Shown here: positions 62,272 to 64,000 of the stretch, piece by piece
Position numbering within the stretch: position 1 is the stretch's first letter
Layout: each line of letters begins with the position of its first letter
Source: Mobula hypostoma
Taxonomy: Eukaryota
Assembly: GCF_963921235.1 (NCBI RefSeq)
Contig: NC_086108.1
Span: forward strand, 44,456,001-44,520,000
Length of the DNA: 64,000 bases
Reading direction: 5' to 3'
The notes under the pieces: model-generated
What the model was told of the DNA's origin: nothing
Database searches by the model: none
The model's input: the letters and a program-made list of their open reading frames with translations, nothing else
Position numbers and translations under genes: made by a program

Positions 62272-62650
62272 CAAAATAATCTGCAGATGCTGGGGTCAAA
62301 GCAACACGCACAACACGCTGGAGGATCTCAGCAGGTCGGGCAGCACCTGTGGAAACGAACAGTCGACGTTTCAGGCCGGAACCCTTCATCAGGACTGAAG
62401 AAGGAGGGGGCAGAGGCCCTATAAAGGAGGTGGGGGGAGGGTGGGAAGGAGAAGGCTAGAAATGTTCCAGGTGAAAAACCAGTAAGGGGAAAGATAAAGG
62501 GGTGGGGGGAGAGGATAGGCAGGAAAGGTGAAGAAGGAATAGGGGAAAGCATAATGGGTAGTAGAAAGAGGCAGAACCATGAGGGAGGTGATAGGCAGCT
62601 GGAGGAGGGGGCAGAGTGAAACTGGAATGGGGAAGGGAGGGAGAGGGATT
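62272..62650 (-). mobile_element. Penelope-like pLTR fragment with intact hammerhead core
   Basis: Same terminal consensus as the other copies, with CpGs retained. Confidence 0.9.
62360..62397 (-). ncRNA. Minimal type I hammerhead ribozyme motif
   Basis: - strand CAGUC-CUGAUGA-AGGGUUCCGGCCU-GAAA-CG-UC-GACUG: stem I CAGUC/GACUG, complete core, short stem II, palindromic ACGU in place of stem III, GUC cleavage triplet. Confidence 0.85.
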
Positions 62651-63315
62651 TTGAGGGGTCACATTCTGCTAATCACCATCAGCATGTGCAGGATTGGGAC
62701 AGATCTAACTGCCACCCATCAATAAGAGATAATTAAATCTTACTGTAATGACGTACTTCGAGACACCCATAAAACCCTTTGCTGCAGTCAAAGGACAGCG
62801 GTGACTATATCACGTCCATTTAGGAGAACACCAACCACAACATCTAGAATAATCAGCATCCTTTGGTGTTAGTGCTTCATATCTTCTATCCAGCATTAGG
62901 GTAAAAAAAAATGGTCAGCCTAATTATGCTGCATGGAAAGGGAAGGGGGTCATCATGGTCAAGAGCTGACACCAAACATGGTCGGGAAGCGGCAAGGAGA
63001 GGGAGAGAACAAGAATCAGATGAAGCCAGGGCCGCACGGCTCCAGGATCAAAGAGTCAGGACAAAAAAGATGAGAGAAGAGGAGACAGAGGAGGAGAGGC
63101 ATGCACGTCTCCAGGATCAGAGACAAACAACAAACAGCAGAAGAGCTGAAGAGATGAGCGATGAAAGGGCTGCACGTCTCCAGAATGACAACGAGAGGCA
63201 CAAGGATGGCTGATAAACCAGAAATGATGCCATCAAAAGTGTCCTTCGTTAAAAGAGGAGCAGCTATATTTGCTTTGTGATGTGTCATTCTTCTTTAATA
63301 AACTGAGATTTTCTA

Positions 63316-64000
63316 CAGAAAAGACTGGTAAAGACAAATGTAGGTCCCCTACAGACAGAGACAGGTGAATTGATTATGGGGAGCAAGGACATGGCAGACC
63401 AATTGAATAATTACTTTGGTTCTGTCTTCACTAAGGAGGACATAAATAATCTTCCAGAAATAGTAGGGGACAGAGGGTCCAGTGAGATGGAGGAACTGAG
63501 CAAAATACTTGTTAGTAGGGAAGTGGTGTTAGGTAAATTGAAGGGATTGAAGGCAGATAAATCCCCAGGGCCAGATGGTCTGCATCCTAGAGTGCTTAAG
63601 GAAGTAGCCCAAGAAATAGTGGATGCATTAGTGATAATTTTTCAAAACTCGTTAGATTCTGGACTAGGTCCTGAGGATTGGAGGGTGGCTAATGTAACCC
63701 CACTTTTTAAAAAAGGAGGGAGAGAGAAACCGGGGAATTATAGACCGGTTAGCTTAACGTCGGTGGTGGGGAAACTGCTGGAGTCAGTTATCAAGGATGT
63801 GATAACAGCACATTTGGAAAGCGGTGAAATCATCGGACAAAGTCAGCATGGATTTGTGAAAGGAAAATTATGTCTGATGAATCTCATAGAATTTTTTGAG
63901 GATGTAACTAGTAGAGTGGATAGGGGAGAACCAGTGGATGTGGTATATTTGGATTTTCAAAAGGCTTTTGACAAGGTCCCACACAGGAGATTAGTGTGCA
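63316..64000 (+). mobile_element. Young 5'-truncated CR1 LINE ORF2, open to the window end
   Basis: My translation is uninterrupted: KRLVKTNVGPL..LNNYFGSVFTKED..KSPGPDGLHPRVLKE..PGNYRPVSLTSVVGKLLES..SQHGFVKGK..DVVYLDFQKAFDKVPHRRL. Confidence 0.95.

Larger units (their letters stand above)
61956..63310 (+). mobile_element. Probable Helitron 5' portion, interrupted by a PLE and then a CR1
   Basis: A|TCTATATGCTACTAAAAC start, TCTG repeat at about 61983-61997, and ORF 62911-63213 with three 23-aa STPR-like repeats as found N-terminal in Helitron Rep/helicases. No 3' CTAG end seen. Confidence 0.6.

Noticed and set aside
1..64000. Most six-frame ORFs as independent genes
   Set aside because: They are short, often start at non-ATG codons, and are TE fragments, antisense shadows of TEs or chance frames in intron DNA.
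1..64000. Prokaryotic systems (CRISPR, retron, operons)
   Set aside because: This is a spliced vertebrate gene with vertebrate TEs; there are no regularly spaced repeats, and the RTs are LINE or LTR type.

Overview
Eukaryotic (vertebrate) genomic DNA. The repeat complement (CR1, Rex/Babar, L2, V-SINE-like, Penelope-like) suggests a cartilaginous fish, but this is inference. The whole window appears to lie inside one + strand gene, SSBP3 (SSDP1, partner of LDB1). Six coding exons with canonical AG/GT sites are visible (39231-39320, 53443-53523, 56047-56106, 60531-60597, 60681-60754, 61867-61931); they join in frame and encode the Pro/Gly-rich region after the LUFS domain. The upstream and downstream exons lie outside the window. 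The introns are packed with transposon relics: a Tc1/mariner with TIRs, Rex/Babar, CR1 and L2 LINE fragments, Gypsy and BEL/Pao LTR remnants, tiny hAT MITEs, tRNA-derived SINEs and a probable Helitron 5' part with 23-aa STPR-like repeats. The most notable hidden system is about 15 copies of a Penelope-like element 3' terminus carrying a minimal type I hammerhead ribozyme (CAGTC-CTGATGA-stem II-GAAA-CG-TC-GACTG). One copy has an intact core (62360-62397, - strand), several have 11-14 bp TSDs, and several form inverted pairs. Also noted: an in-frame alternative acceptor encoding SDPWLSLQ, a candidate poison exon, and several candidate conserved non-coding elements. Repeat boundaries are read by eye and approximate unless a TSD or TIR is quoted.
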